From: an uncultured Poribacteria bacterium
GTDB lineage: Bacteria > Poribacteria > WGA-4E > WGA-3G
Assembly (NCBI GenBank): GCA_958296135.2
Contig: CATQHZ020000001.1
Location: 4,192,001-4,256,000 of the forward strand
Reading direction: 5' to 3'
Length of the DNA stretch: 64,000 nt
The notes beneath the pieces were generated by a model. It had not been told where the DNA came from, ran no database searches, and saw only the letters and a list, made by a program, of their open reading frames with translations. Both the position numbers and the translations under genes were made by a program. The first letter of the stretch is position 1, and every line of letters starts with the position of its first letter. This document shows positions 29,144 through 39,599 of the stretch, piece by piece.

Positions 29144-29983
29144 CTATGTGGCCAAGCCGCGCAAGGTTGCCAGATTCACCGCGTGCATCGTTTTCAATTC
29201 CGGCGTTTCAATGATGAGCGGCACCTCCGCAAACCGGGCATCATTGACGATGAACGCGAACGCCTCCAAACCGATGTTGCCTTTGCCGAGGTGCGCATGC
29301 CTGTCCACGCGGCTCTCATATTCCGATTTCGCATCGTTGAGATGAAACGCCTGCAACCGTTCCAAGCCGATAACCGCGTCAAACCGCGCAAAAACTGCCT
29401 CGCAATCCGCCGCCGTCCGCATATCGTAACCGGCGGCGAAGACGTGACACGTGTCAAAACAGACACCGAACCGCGCCGGATACCGCGACATCGCAATCAC
29501 ATCGCGCAGGTGCTCAAAGCGGTACCCGAGGTTTGTCCCTTGCCCAGCGGTGGTTTCAAGTAGCACAGTGACTTCCGGCGCATCGGTAGTTTCAAAGAGT
29601 TCGTCAAAACTTTCTGTCAGCCGTTTCAAACCGAAACGTTCGCCTTCGCCCAAATGCGCACCAAGGTGTGTGACGATGCCGCTGATGCCGAGCCGCGTCG
29701 CCAATTCCAGCTGCACCTGAAACTGCGCGCGCGACTTTGACAGCACATCCGGTTTCGGCGAGGCAAGATTGCTCAAGTGGATATCGTGCGCCACCACCTC
29801 GCGAATCGGCGACTCGCTCCACGCCGCCCTAAATTTTTTGAGCCCATCAGTGGCAATGGGTTTGGGTTTCCACTGGTTCGGATTTTGAAGAAAAATTTGT
29901 ATCGCATCACAGCGGAGTTTATCGCCGTTTTTGATGGCGTTGTGTAAACCGCCCGCTGTCGATACATGCGCACCAAGAATCAT
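29144..29983 (-). CDS. nfo: Endonuclease IV
   Basis: GAHVSTAGG, LETTAGQG, DTCH, HLND, DRH, IETP; start MILGAH at 29983. Confidence 0.95.
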   Translation of the reverse strand: MILGAHVSTAGGLHNAIKNGDKLRCDAIQIFLQNPNQWKPKPIATDGLKKFRAAWSESPIREVVAHDIHLSNLASPKPDVLSKSRAQFQVQLELATRLGISGIVTHLGAHLGEGERFGLKRLTESFDELFETTDAPEVTVLLETTAGQGTNLGYRFEHLRDVIAMSRYPARFGVCFDTCHVFAAGYDMRTAADCEAVFARFDAVIGLERLQAFHLNDAKSEYESRVDRHAHLGKGNIGLEAFAFIVNDARFAEVPLIIETPELKTMHAVNLATLRGLAT

Positions 29984-30057
29984 TTTTTTTGTATGTTCGC
30001 CAAGCGTCCGGTCAGTCAAGACCGCGCAGGGCACCCTCCTTTGCGTTTCGGTTTTTT

Positions 30058-30238
30058 TCGAGACCGGGAGGCTCTCTTACCGCAGGCAATCGAGACCGGG
30101 AGGTCTCTCCTACCGAAGGCAATCGAGACCAGGGGCTCTCCTACCGAAGGCAATCGAGACCAGGGGCTCTCCTACCGAAGGCAATCGAGACCAGGGGCTC
30201 TCCTACCGAAGGCAATCGAGACCAGGGGCTCTCCTACT
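30058..30238 (-). repeat. Six 31-nt tandem REP units
   Basis: aatcgagaccaggggctctcctaccgaaggc repeated with a constant linker. Confidence 0.92.
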
Positions 30239-30297
30239 GATGATGTCCTGAAACTTCATGCGAGCCCGACTACAGAAGTTAATCCGGTAAACAAGGG

Positions 30298-31347
30298 TTA
30301 GCATCGGTGCAAGGCAGTCTTCACACCGCGATGCGCGGCGGCATTCTCAAACGCCTCTAAGCCGCGCTCAATCGGGAACCGCGCGGTTAACAACGGCGCG
30401 AAATCTAACGCCTTTTCTATCAACAGCTGCCGCGATGCCGCAAGGCTTGCGCGCGAAAATGCCCACGATGCCATCAGTTTATGTCCATCGTAGTGAAACT
30501 GTTCTAAGTTAATGCGGAGTTCCTCGCCTTCCGGGGCGAGCCCGAAGAAATTGATGCACCCGCCTCGCCGCACAACGTCAAACGCGAGCGCGATGGCAGC
30601 AGCGTTGTTCGTCGTCGCTGAAATGACGGTGTCCACCCCACCGTGAGTAATGTCTCGGAGGTGCGCGACAGCGTCATCAGAGACATCAAACGCTGCATCG
30701 GCACCGACTTCTTCGGCGACGGTTCTGCGATGCACGAGCGGTTCCAGCATATACGTTGCTAAACCGCGTCGTTTTGCGAGCTGCGTTAACATCAATCCGA
30801 CCGGTCCCGCGCCGAGGATTGCGACGGTACCAGTAGGCGCGTCCTCCCGGCCGCAAGGGCTATCACCCAACGTCTCCTGCATCGCATTGAGACAACAGCC
30901 GAGGGGTTCAAGGAATAGCAGCACCTCTGCAGGAATAGTTTCCGGCACGCGGATGAGTTTGCCGGTATCCACACCGTGCTTTGGCATGCGGATGTATTCC
31001 GCGTAGCCGCCGTCAATGTCATGTCCGATGCCTTCGATGGTGTTGCAGTATTTATCCCGGTCATTTTTGCAGTCAAGACAAACGCCACAGGAAAGCATTG
31101 GATTGACGGTAACCTTCTCGCCTATTTTGACATCCGGGTGTCGGCTCTCCACAATGAACCCGGCAAGTTCATGTCCCATCACGACAGGGGGCGCGTAGTC
31201 GGATACGTCGCCTCGGAGGGCGGCCAGGTCGGATGCACAGATGCCGCACAGTTCCATCTGGATAAGCACATCGCCCGCGTCAAGCATCGGGATAGGTTTA
31301 TCTTCGATGCGCAGTTGGCCGATTTTTTCAAAAACGATGGTTTTCAT
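30298..31347 (-). CDS. Zinc-dependent alcohol/polyol dehydrogenase (MDR family)
   Basis: CGICASD, GHE, CGVCLDC..C, EP, GAGPVG. Confidence 0.92.
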   Translation of the reverse strand: MKTIVFEKIGQLRIEDKPIPMLDAGDVLIQMELCGICASDLAALRGDVSDYAPPVVMGHELAGFIVESRHPDVKIGEKVTVNPMLSCGVCLDCKNDRDKYCNTIEGIGHDIDGGYAEYIRMPKHGVDTGKLIRVPETIPAEVLLFLEPLGCCLNAMQETLGDSPCGREDAPTGTVAILGAGPVGLMLTQLAKRRGLATYMLEPLVHRRTVAEEVGADAAFDVSDDAVAHLRDITHGGVDTVISATTNNAAAIALAFDVVRRGGCINFFGLAPEGEELRINLEQFHYDGHKLMASWAFSRASLAASRQLLIEKALDFAPLLTARFPIERGLEAFENAAAHRGVKTALHRC

Positions 31348-31450
31348 GTTTTCATTTGTTGGAAACTACGGCGCGGGAAAACCTGTCCCTCGCGCGCGCT
31401 TCTTTCTCCCAGCACAGCGAGGGACAAACCCTCCTACGGAAACAAGGACA

Positions 31451-32461
31451 TTAGGAAAATTCATACGGCACAGTTTCCGCCTGATGTGTCTTAGAGGATT
31501 TCTCTGCCAAGTCCATCACGGCGATGACGCGGCGCGCCGATTCTGGCGTTACCAACAGCGGGGTGCCATCGTTCAAGTGCGCGACGATGTTCTGGTAATA
31601 ACTGGGGCCAGGGCGACCGTGGAACCCTACCATCTGCTCCTTCGGGTGTCCTTCCACTTCAGAGAGCACCTTGAACTGTCCATCGCCTGAAACAATCGCG
31701 CCGTGAGAACCGAGCAGTTTCCACCGCGGTCCGCCGATTTTCGCGATGTTTGACATTTGGATATTCGCCATGCACCCGTCTGCGAAGCGGATGATGGCTT
31801 GCACGTGGTCTTCGTTGGAAATGTCGTCCCAGACGAGGTTCGGCTGGTAGAACCCGGTGACGTTAATCATCGGTGCTTCAATGACGTTGAGCAACCAATC
31901 GAGGTAGTGCGCCCCCCAGTCGTAGAATTGCCCACCGGAGATGGCTTTCACGCTACGCCACCAATCCGGATTCGGTCTGCCGTATCCGCCGCCCCACATC
32001 TCGACGTTGAAAACTTTGCCGATAACGCCGGAATGAACCAGCTCGCGGAGCGTCCAAAAATCTGCATCCCAACGCCGGTTGTGATGCACGGATAACATGA
32101 CACCGTTTTCCTCGGCGGCGGTAATCATCTCGGTGGCTTCCGCAATCGTGATGCACATCGGTTTCTCGACGACAGCGTGCTTGCCGGCATTGAGGCACGC
32201 CACCGTCGGTGCGCAGTGCAGACTGTGCGGGAGAACGTTCGCAACCAGATCGACCTCGGTGTCGGCGATGAGTTCTTCAACGGTGTTATAGGTTCGGATG
32301 CCGGGGAAATCCTGTTTCGCCGCATCGGTGCGTGATGCGTCAATGTCGCACACGGCGACGCAGTGGATGCCATCGGTGCGCTCCATCATATTCGCGTGTG
32401 CCTTGCCCATATTAAAGGCTGCGCCGTAACCAAGCACAGCACCTCTAATCGTATCTGCCAT
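31451..32461 (-). CDS. Gfo/Idh/MocA family oxidoreductase
   Basis: GYG, AGKHAVVEKP, HNRRWD, GG.FYDWGAHYLD. Confidence 0.92.
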   Translation of the reverse strand: MADTIRGAVLGYGAAFNMGKAHANMMERTDGIHCVAVCDIDASRTDAAKQDFPGIRTYNTVEELIADTEVDLVANVLPHSLHCAPTVACLNAGKHAVVEKPMCITIAEATEMITAAEENGVMLSVHHNRRWDADFWTLRELVHSGVIGKVFNVEMWGGGYGRPNPDWWRSVKAISGGQFYDWGAHYLDWLLNVIEAPMINVTGFYQPNLVWDDISNEDHVQAIIRFADGCMANIQMSNIAKIGGPRWKLLGSHGAIVSGDGQFKVLSEVEGHPKEQMVGFHGRPGPSYYQNIVAHLNDGTPLLVTPESARRVIAVMDLAEKSSKTHQAETVPYEFS

Positions 32462-32778
32462 TAATTGTGGCTCCTTCTTTCAAATCTGAATACGTTAATT
32501 ATAACATAAAAGTCGGAATAATGGATAGATTTTTTGACAATTCGGCAGAAAGATGCAAAAATATCGATTTTCTTGAAAAAACTGCATTTTTTATGGTACC
32601 TTTTGCCGCAAAACAACGTCTACGTTTTTAAAAGCGTTCATTGCGCATTCCGGAAATTACGTTTACTATGACGAAATCGGGCCCGGCGATTCAGAACTCT
32701 GGCAGGGGTGGACGTATCTGCAAGTAACCGATAGTGACACACCCTTAGGTTCTCTCCGACATCAAAAGGAGCGAAACT

Positions 32779-33654
32779 ATGCGAATGCTTGTTTTCACGA
32801 CGATGCTCGCTCTGTGCCTACTTGGCACGGGAGAGGCTGCGCCACCATCTCCAGCCGGTGGCGAATACCTCCGCATCTACGAGCAAGGCGACTATGCCGC
32901 TGTCCCAGACCACGACGACTTTGACGTTAACTTGCAAAAAAATGGATTCACCATTGAAATGTGGGTGTATCTGGAGCGGCCCTTGAAGGAACGCGACGAC
33001 GCAAGGGCCCAACCCTTGGAAGTCTGGTCCCTCCTTTACAAAAACGAGAGTTACAGATGGGATATGTTTCCGCCCGGCTCTCCGAGTTTTCACTTTACCT
33101 TCCGAGAAGGATTCCACGCAGGAGGCCTCCCCGGTTTGAAGGCAAAGTTGCCGCTGGAGCAGTGGCACTACATTGCTGTCACCTTCACAGAACAGTATCG
33201 GCAGCGCTGCGTCAACAACCGGCTGCGAGGGACGCGTGGCAGCCTGCTGAGATTTGATAACACCGATGGGCCCCTCCGCATTGGCGGCGGCCGCAAGCCC
33301 TTACTCGGGATCGACCCCGGGCCCTTCCTCGGAAAACCGGTTTGGGTGGACTTCACCGGGGGCCTGATTGACGAAGTCCGCATCTCAAATGTCGTCCGAT
33401 ATCCCGCAGAGGGTATAGCGGAAAAAAAATGGAACGAAGTCTGGGAGAAAACCATAGAAGTGCCGAAAGGCCGGTTTGAACCCGATGAACACACGATTGC
33501 TCTCTGGCATTTTGATTTTGAGGGCGCACCGGAGTCAAAGTGGCGGGATGCCGCCGGAAACGGACATCACCTCACCTACAATGGCACCTACTTGCATGTC
33601 AACCCCCATGGCAAACTAGCCACGACATGGGCAGACTTCAAGATGCGTCGCTAG
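32779..33654 (+). CDS. Secreted LamG/concanavalin-like domain protein with GKLATTW tail
   Basis: Signal peptide; FTIEMWV, WHYIAVT, GLIDEVRISN; C-terminal VNPHGKLATTWADFK. Confidence 0.85.
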   Translation: MRMLVFTTMLALCLLGTGEAAPPSPAGGEYLRIYEQGDYAAVPDHDDFDVNLQKNGFTIEMWVYLERPLKERDDARAQPLEVWSLLYKNESYRWDMFPPGSPSFHFTFREGFHAGGLPGLKAKLPLEQWHYIAVTFTEQYRQRCVNNRLRGTRGSLLRFDNTDGPLRIGGGRKPLLGIDPGPFLGKPVWVDFTGGLIDEVRISNVVRYPAEGIAEKKWNEVWEKTIEVPKGRFEPDEHTIALWHFDFEGAPESKWRDAAGNGHHLTYNGTYLHVNPHGKLATTWADFKMRR

Positions 33655-33796
33655 CGCGTAGACACCCAGATTCAAGCCCAGGGCTGCTAAAGCAGAAAAA
33701 TGCAAAAATGCAGGGATAACGCATGCAGGAACGAATGTCCCGTTTTTACGCTAATTTTTTGGCGGACGAAAGTCGTGGGCTTAGCCCAATCTTTTA

Positions 33797-34137
33797 TTGC
33801 ACGCGTCTTGTAGGAGAGACCTCCTGGTCTCGATTAGGAGGGACATCCCTGTCCCGATATTGCACGCGTCTTGTAGGAAAGACATCCTGGTCTCGATATC
33901 GCACGCGTCTTGTAGGAGGGACATCCTGGTCCCGACACCGCACGCCTCTTGTAGGAGGGACATCCCTGTCCCGATTAGGGGGGACATCCTGGTCTCGATA
34001 TTGCACGCGTCTTGTAGGAGAGACCTCCTGGTCCCGACACCCCACGCCTTCTTGTAGGAGGGACATCCCTGTCCCGATTAGGAGGGACATCCTGGTCCCG
34101 ATATCGCACGCATCGAGACGCGGGAGGTCTCTCCTAC
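33797..34137 (+). repeat. Array of about 10 GTAG/TTAG REP palindromes
   Basis: gtaggagagacctcctggtctcga and ggagggacatccctgtcccga variants joined by gcacgcgtctt linkers. Confidence 0.9.
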
Positions 34138-34244
34138 GGGGGCGCGCCGCTGCCAGCGCGCTAGCCCGCGAGGAAAGACTGATGAATTCAGGCGAGCCCG
34201 AACTACTGAAATACCGTATGGTGCCATACGGTGCAAAGGCACAC

Positions 34245-37200
34245 CTACCGCGCTTTCAATTCACCCCAACGCGTCGTGAACTTGCCGCGCGCACCGACAT
34301 GCCCCTTCAGGCGCGTCGTCGCCAAGGGCAAACGCACACCACCAAAAGATACCTCTTCCAGCCGATAATACGAGACAACCCCCGGCTCCGCCGCAGTATC
34401 CGTGAACGTGTAAATATGCTCCTCACCAGACGTGCCAGCACCCAGAATCAACGCCGGGTTGATAATGCGAAACGGCCCCTGTCGACTCGCGCCGCGCAAG
34501 ATGTTGAAACCCGCCAAGTCTACCTCTGACTCGGTAGTCCAACGGATAACAACGCCCGCCTCCGTTTGAAGCGCGTGGAACTGCGACAAGACAACCGGCA
34601 ACGCACCGCCTCGCCGATAACCAGGGGTACCGAGGTCTGTCTCACGTCCGAAATAGGTGATACCCACGAGTTTCACCTGTGACGCGCTCACCCAACTCGC
34701 CGCCTCCGTACCCGGCAGCGGCGCGCCATCGGCATACTTGCGCAGCAGCGAGACACGCACGCCATCGGCCGTCTCAAAGGGCGGAACTTGCCACACCGGT
34801 GCGTCTTTCGTCCGAGCCACACCATCTAAATTCCCAACCCTGTCAACCAGAACACCCGCCGCATCCAAGAGCTGCACCGAGAAACCCAGCGGATTCAACA
34901 TGTCGTTCCGCCGCTCACGTAGGTTAAAAGCCCGCTTATGACGGAAACCAAGGTGGTACACCCGACTCTCCGGAAAATGCCCAGAATGCTCATCATGCCA
35001 CGTCGTGAGTAGGAGAGTCTGGTTGGGCAACACGGTGAACGGCGAGAAAGAAATCCCCTCATGCCGATGCCGCCGCGCATTCTCTACATCCAGATATTCC
35101 ACTACCAACCGCCAGCCTTCCAGCGCCACCGGCGCTGTCAAGGACGGATTGTAGAGCTCTATCCACTGCGGACCGGCACGGGCACCGCCAGTCGTGAGCA
35201 TCAATTCGCTCACACTCAGCTGCGCCGTAGGAGTTGCCGCGGTCACAGCCGGCACGTCATACCCGGGTGTGCCGAGGCTCGTCGCCGCATCCGCAGCACG
35301 ACGATACCCAAGCCCGCCGTGATACCCACTCGCGCGCCAAGCAGCAGCGACATAACCGCGTTTCTCCGTGGAGACCCGCTGCCAGGCCTCTCCTTCTGTC
35401 AATGGCGGCGCATCGCCCGGAAGCTCGGTGCCTTGCAGCGGCCACACTTGCGTGCCCCCCTCTGCAGCGAAATAGCCGGTCTCGCGGAAGTAATTCCCCG
35501 CCACATCCTCCAGTGCCTCCGAGGTGCCATTCTTATCAATAGCACTGCGCAGCAACAACAGGTAGCGCGTCGCCGGCAATTTCAACCCCGATGCGACGAA
35601 ATAGCGATGCGTCGCACCTTTTTTGCCAGCACCTGTCGCAATGTTCACCCCACTAGCCAAGGCTGTCTCGCCCGGCGCGGTGTTTGTGATGAGCAACACC
35701 TCCCCCGCCGGCAACGTGTAGGCCGGGAACGTGACGAGAACCACATCCCGATTCGCCGCATCGCCTGATGGCGCAACGATACTGAGCTCCCAGCCCGAAA
35801 GCGAAAGTGACGCATCGCTGATGTTTTTCACCTCTACCCAATCGTCTCGGGCTGCCGAAGCATTCCGAATCTCGTTGAAAACAAGCCGATCCAAGGCGAC
35901 AGGCGCAGGCTCCTTCACCAGCACGGGCACATACCCCGTGGTGCCGAAACCGGATGGAGACCAGGGGCTGAAGCCCGCCTCAGTCTTCGCCCGCACTTGC
36001 AACTCATAAGTGGTACCCGGGATTAAGTCGGTGAGCGTGAGGCGCGTCTCTGTCCCCTTATGGCCTGCATCTGTCCACGCCTCGCTGTCCTCTACCCGAT
36101 AGCGCAGCTCATAGCCTCGCACGGCATACGACGGCGCGGCCCACCCTACCGGTAGACTGGTAGGCAGGAGGGGGGGGGTAACTGTTGTTACCATCGGTGC
36201 CGCGATCCTCGTGGTGCCGAAACCGGATGGAGACCAGGGGCTGAAGCCCGCCTCAGTCTTCGCCCGCACTTGCAACTCATAAGTGGTACCCGGGATTAAG
36301 TCGGTGAGCGTGAGGCGCGTCTCTGTCCCCTCGTGGCCTGCATCTGTCCACGCCTCGCTGTCCTTTACCCGATAGCGCAGTTCATAGCCTTGCAAGGCAT
36401 ACGACGGCGCGATCCACCTTACCGGCAGACTGGTAAGCAGGGGGGCACCTGTTGCTATCGTGGGTGCCGCGAGGGCACCGGGGACCACGTTAATAGTGAA
36501 GGTAGCCTGGAGCGTCGTTTCCTCGTGTGTCACCGTCGCCACCACGGTTCGCTGCCCGAGGGGTTTGCCCGGCGTGAAGGTAGTCTGTACCTCTCCTTCC
36601 TCCGCGTCGCGCAGGTTATACGTGGGGTCCAACGCCGTTGTTTCCGCCGGATCCACGGTGCCCTCTCCCTCTGTCACTGCAAACGTCACCGGCACGCCAG
36701 CAAACCGTTCGCCGTTTTCATCCAGCACCTTCACGACGAGTGCTTCCGGCAGTGCCTCGCCCGGCCCGACGGCTTGCCCATCACCAGAGACTATCTCAAG
36801 CGTTGTGGGAACGCGAGAGGCAAAGGAGATTCCCCAGATCCAGTCAGGGCGGTAAATAATAACCTCATTTCTTTCTACAATAATGGGAATATGCGTGTAG
36901 AGTGAAGGGTAACTCAGCGGGTTAGTAAGGTGCAAGGTCGTGGGTACGTTTCCCATGAAAATTAAGTTAATTAATGCCGTGAACTCCGTGAGCGGTGAAA
37001 CATCACGAATCTCATTGCCCTCAAGCCAAATTTCTTTTAACGCTGTGGCACCTCGGAGCGGTGAGATATCGCGGATTTCATTGCCCCTAAGCCATAACTG
37101 CTCCAAATTTGTCAAATCCCCGAGCGGCGAGATGTCAGTGATTAGGTTGTTCATGGCATATAGCGATTCCAAATTCGTCAGTGCTTGAAGCGGCTGAAGG

Positions 37201-37766
37201 TCCCGGACACCGATAGAAGCGATCTGTAACTCTGTCAGTGCCGTCAGGGTGCTGAGTCCCTCAATGTTATCGCCAAGATTCCGGTTAGCCGAGATTCTTA
37301 ACGTCTTTAACAGTGTCAGGTTTCCGAGCGACGGGATGGATTGAATGTCATTAAGGCTGACATCTAATGTCTCCAAACTCGTCAGGTTTTGGAGAGGCGT
37401 GAGGTCGCGAACGTTATTACCTAGGACGTTAATGGTCGTCAAAAGCGGTAGATTTCCGACCGGTGTGAGGTCGCTAACGTCATGATGCCAGACAGTTAAT
37501 GTCGTCAAATTCCTCGCATGCTCTAGCCCGACTAAGTTTTTTATAGGCGTCGCTGGTTCTCTCAGATCCGATGCACCGATAGTCAGCGTTTGCAGGCCGT
37601 TCATCCAGATCACGGGAATGGGATTGTCATGCATTATAGAGAGTTCTGCCCTCACCGTAGCTTCCAACGCTGAATCAGTGAAAACAACATTCTGTGCAGA
37701 AGCCACGGGGATCCAACAACTGAGAAACACCAGTAGCATGACAAAAAGTGAGATAAAACGCCTCAT
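34245..37766 (-). CDS. Secreted multidomain protein: LRR, Ig-like, 2x FN3, 2x lamin-tail domain, GKFTTRW tail
   Basis: Signal peptide; internalin-type LRRs; SGDGQ...VPVTF; two LIPGTTYELQVRA; FNEI/SELM...WIELYN; C-terminal GKFTTRWGELK. Confidence 0.85.
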   Translation of the reverse strand: MRRFISLFVMLLVFLSCWIPVASAQNVVFTDSALEATVRAELSIMHDNPIPVIWMNGLQTLTIGASDLREPATPIKNLVGLEHARNLTTLTVWHHDVSDLTPVGNLPLLTTINVLGNNVRDLTPLQNLTSLETLDVSLNDIQSIPSLGNLTLLKTLRISANRNLGDNIEGLSTLTALTELQIASIGVRDLQPLQALTNLESLYAMNNLITDISPLGDLTNLEQLWLRGNEIRDISPLRGATALKEIWLEGNEIRDVSPLTEFTALINLIFMGNVPTTLHLTNPLSYPSLYTHIPIIVERNEVIIYRPDWIWGISFASRVPTTLEIVSGDGQAVGPGEALPEALVVKVLDENGERFAGVPVTFAVTEGEGTVDPAETTALDPTYNLRDAEEGEVQTTFTPGKPLGQRTVVATVTHEETTLQATFTINVVPGALAAPTIATGAPLLTSLPVRWIAPSYALQGYELRYRVKDSEAWTDAGHEGTETRLTLTDLIPGTTYELQVRAKTEAGFSPWSPSGFGTTRIAAPMVTTVTPPLLPTSLPVGWAAPSYAVRGYELRYRVEDSEAWTDAGHKGTETRLTLTDLIPGTTYELQVRAKTEAGFSPWSPSGFGTTGYVPVLVKEPAPVALDRLVFNEIRNASAARDDWVEVKNISDASLSLSGWELSIVAPSGDAANRDVVLVTFPAYTLPAGEVLLITNTAPGETALASGVNIATGAGKKGATHRYFVASGLKLPATRYLLLLRSAIDKNGTSEALEDVAGNYFRETGYFAAEGGTQVWPLQGTELPGDAPPLTEGEAWQRVSTEKRGYVAAAWRASGYHGGLGYRRAADAATSLGTPGYDVPAVTAATPTAQLSVSELMLTTGGARAGPQWIELYNPSLTAPVALEGWRLVVEYLDVENARRHRHEGISFSPFTVLPNQTLLLTTWHDEHSGHFPESRVYHLGFRHKRAFNLRERRNDMLNPLGFSVQLLDAAGVLVDRVGNLDGVARTKDAPVWQVPPFETADGVRVSLLRKYADGAPLPGTEAASWVSASQVKLVGITYFGRETDLGTPGYRRGGALPVVLSQFHALQTEAGVVIRWTTESEVDLAGFNILRGASRQGPFRIINPALILGAGTSGEEHIYTFTDTAAEPGVVSYYRLEEVSFGGVRLPLATTRLKGHVGARGKFTTRWGELKAR
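35938..36483 (-). repeat. Recent 273-nt tandem duplication of an FN3 domain
   Basis: Near-identical DNA blocks start at 35938 and 36211. Confidence 0.9.
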
Positions 37767-37961
37767 GGTCTGTCTTCTCCTTTTCGGTGTAAGGTATGCG
37801 AGGAAGCAAGCGGTGCTTGCGCCGCATACGCAATAGGTTTGAGTTGTCTCCCTAGGGCCAGATTTCCGTATCTCGTCCTACAGAGACGCTGCAAATCAAA
37901 TAGATTATATCTAATTTGCGGAAAAAAAGCCAGTTTTTTGCAAAAACTCCTCCTCTAACCC

Positions 37962-38088
37962 GTAGGGCGAGGGCCGTCACGGTCACGCCTACAGAAAATG
38001 TGCGTGTGTCGCCCCGCGTAAACACGCTACCTTACTTTAACTTTGTCATCTCTGCAGCCTCGCTGCAGAGATGTCCACTGCCCCTCGC
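37962..38088 (+). mobile_element. Composite REP-derived element, copy 1
   Basis: REP halves gtagggcgagggcc and tgcccctcgc enclose about 100 nt shared with 44717-44938. Confidence 0.65.
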
Positions 38089-38135
38089 CAGGCTGTCTGC
38101 GTCAAACGCACAATCGCGGGGGCCACGTCCCCGAA

Positions 38136-39599
38136 CTACAGCGTTGTGCGCGTCAACCCCAGCGGCCGCCGCCGAATCTCATGCCACGGCCCCGTAATCG
38201 CAAGCGTAATCCCCTGATTCTGGATGTTTATGAACAGCGTCGTCCCATCCGGTGAAAAGGTTGCGCCTGCTAATTCGGACGTATTCCCGGCGTTACGCGC
38301 GAATCGGTAGAGATGCCCGTCTGGCGTTACGCCTACCAAAAACTGCTCCCTCGGTCCGTCTTCACAGAGGATCAGGTCTCCCCACGGTGTCACCGTCAGG
38401 TTATCGGCGTTTTCGAGGAGATTACTGTTGTTCGGTTCAATGAAGAGTGCCAGCGTGCCGGGCTGTTTGTCTTCGTCGGTTGTGCCTTCGTAGGGGCTCG
38501 GCGTGTATCGCCAGATTTGCCCTTTTCGCTTGATACCGCCGTTCGTGCAGGCGATATAGAAGTCGGTGCCGCTGAACCATATCCCTTCACCGCGCGCGAA
38601 CTTTGCCGCGGCCTTTCCGTCAACGCCTTGTTTGCGAAGATCATCCTTCGGCGACTCCACGTTCTCAATATCCACCCATGCTACATCCAAAACTTCGCCT
38701 ACCGGGAGAGGTTTGTATGTCCAGGGGAAGAACTTTTGTGTGCCGCTTTTCCAATTGCGGGTATCCGCGCCTTTCACATCACGAATTTGCAATGCCTGCA
38801 GGCGGCCACCCTTAGCAAGTTCACCTTGTTGTTCAGGAATAAACCGATAGATGAGCCCATCGTTTCTATCCTCGGTCTGGTAGACAATGCCGGTTCGCGA
38901 GTCCACAGCGATAGCCTCATGGTTGAACCGTCCCATCGCCTTGAGCGGCACGGGCGGGGCAAGTCCCACCGTAGCGGAGACAGGCACCTCAAAGTTGTAA
39001 CCGTGGTCCCGTTCGTAAGTTTTCTCCGCCTTTTGGACGGTTTCCTCGCAGGTTACCCAGGTCTGCCACGGAGTCGGCCCGCCGGCACAATTACGGATAG
39101 TGCCAGCCAAACTCAGGAAATGTTTGTCCAGCGTCCCCGTGCGGGTGTCATAGACGAGCGTCGTCGTGCCCCCAAGCCCTGGTGTCTCCCCTGAGCCTGC
39201 CTCGTAGAATTTGCCGATTTCTGCCCGCTCAATCTTCTCGTTATTCCACCCAAAGGCACCGAGAGTCTTGTCGGTTGCGTTCAATTCGTGATTGCGGACG
39301 AGGAGTGTCTTTCCATTTGGGCCGGGGAAGGCGGCCATGCCATCGTGTTTGCCCGGCACCCACAGCCCATCGTCCATCATCTCCCCGGTTCGTGAGATAC
39401 CGATGGCGGTGAAGCCTTCCGGCAGGTCGAGGAGCCGATTTGCGCTCGGCATAAACTGATAGGGCAGCTCAGGTTTGAAGCAAGGGATGTTGTTGAGTAA
39501 GGCGCGGTTACATCCTAGAAAACCGAGGCTGACTGCGACAGATGCACTGGCGAGCGCGCCCGTGCGTAGAAACTGCCGACGCGATAATTTGCTCTTCAT
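38136..39599 (-). CDS. phoX: Tat-exported PhoX-family alkaline phosphatase (DUF839)
   Basis: SRRQFL Tat motif; HDGM, NHE, NCAGG.TPW.TW.TCEE, GRFNHEA, RGEG, DNL, CED, ELAG.TF. Confidence 0.88.
   Translation of the reverse strand: MKSKLSRRQFLRTGALASASVAVSLGFLGCNRALLNNIPCFKPELPYQFMPSANRLLDLPEGFTAIGISRTGEMMDDGLWVPGKHDGMAAFPGPNGKTLLVRNHELNATDKTLGAFGWNNEKIERAEIGKFYEAGSGETPGLGGTTTLVYDTRTGTLDKHFLSLAGTIRNCAGGPTPWQTWVTCEETVQKAEKTYERDHGYNFEVPVSATVGLAPPVPLKAMGRFNHEAIAVDSRTGIVYQTEDRNDGLIYRFIPEQQGELAKGGRLQALQIRDVKGADTRNWKSGTQKFFPWTYKPLPVGEVLDVAWVDIENVESPKDDLRKQGVDGKAAAKFARGEGIWFSGTDFYIACTNGGIKRKGQIWRYTPSPYEGTTDEDKQPGTLALFIEPNNSNLLENADNLTVTPWGDLILCEDGPREQFLVGVTPDGHLYRFARNAGNTSELAGATFSPDGTTLFINIQNQGITLAITGPWHEIRRRPLGLTRTTL

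Noticed and set aside
30058-30238. 31-nt repeats as a CRISPR array
   Set aside because: Linkers are constant, so there are no unique spacers; units are GTAG REPs; no cas genes.
33797-34137. Repeat array as CRISPR, or as ORF 33723-34529
   Set aside because: Variable REP palindromes with short shared linkers; the ORFs are translations of the repeats.
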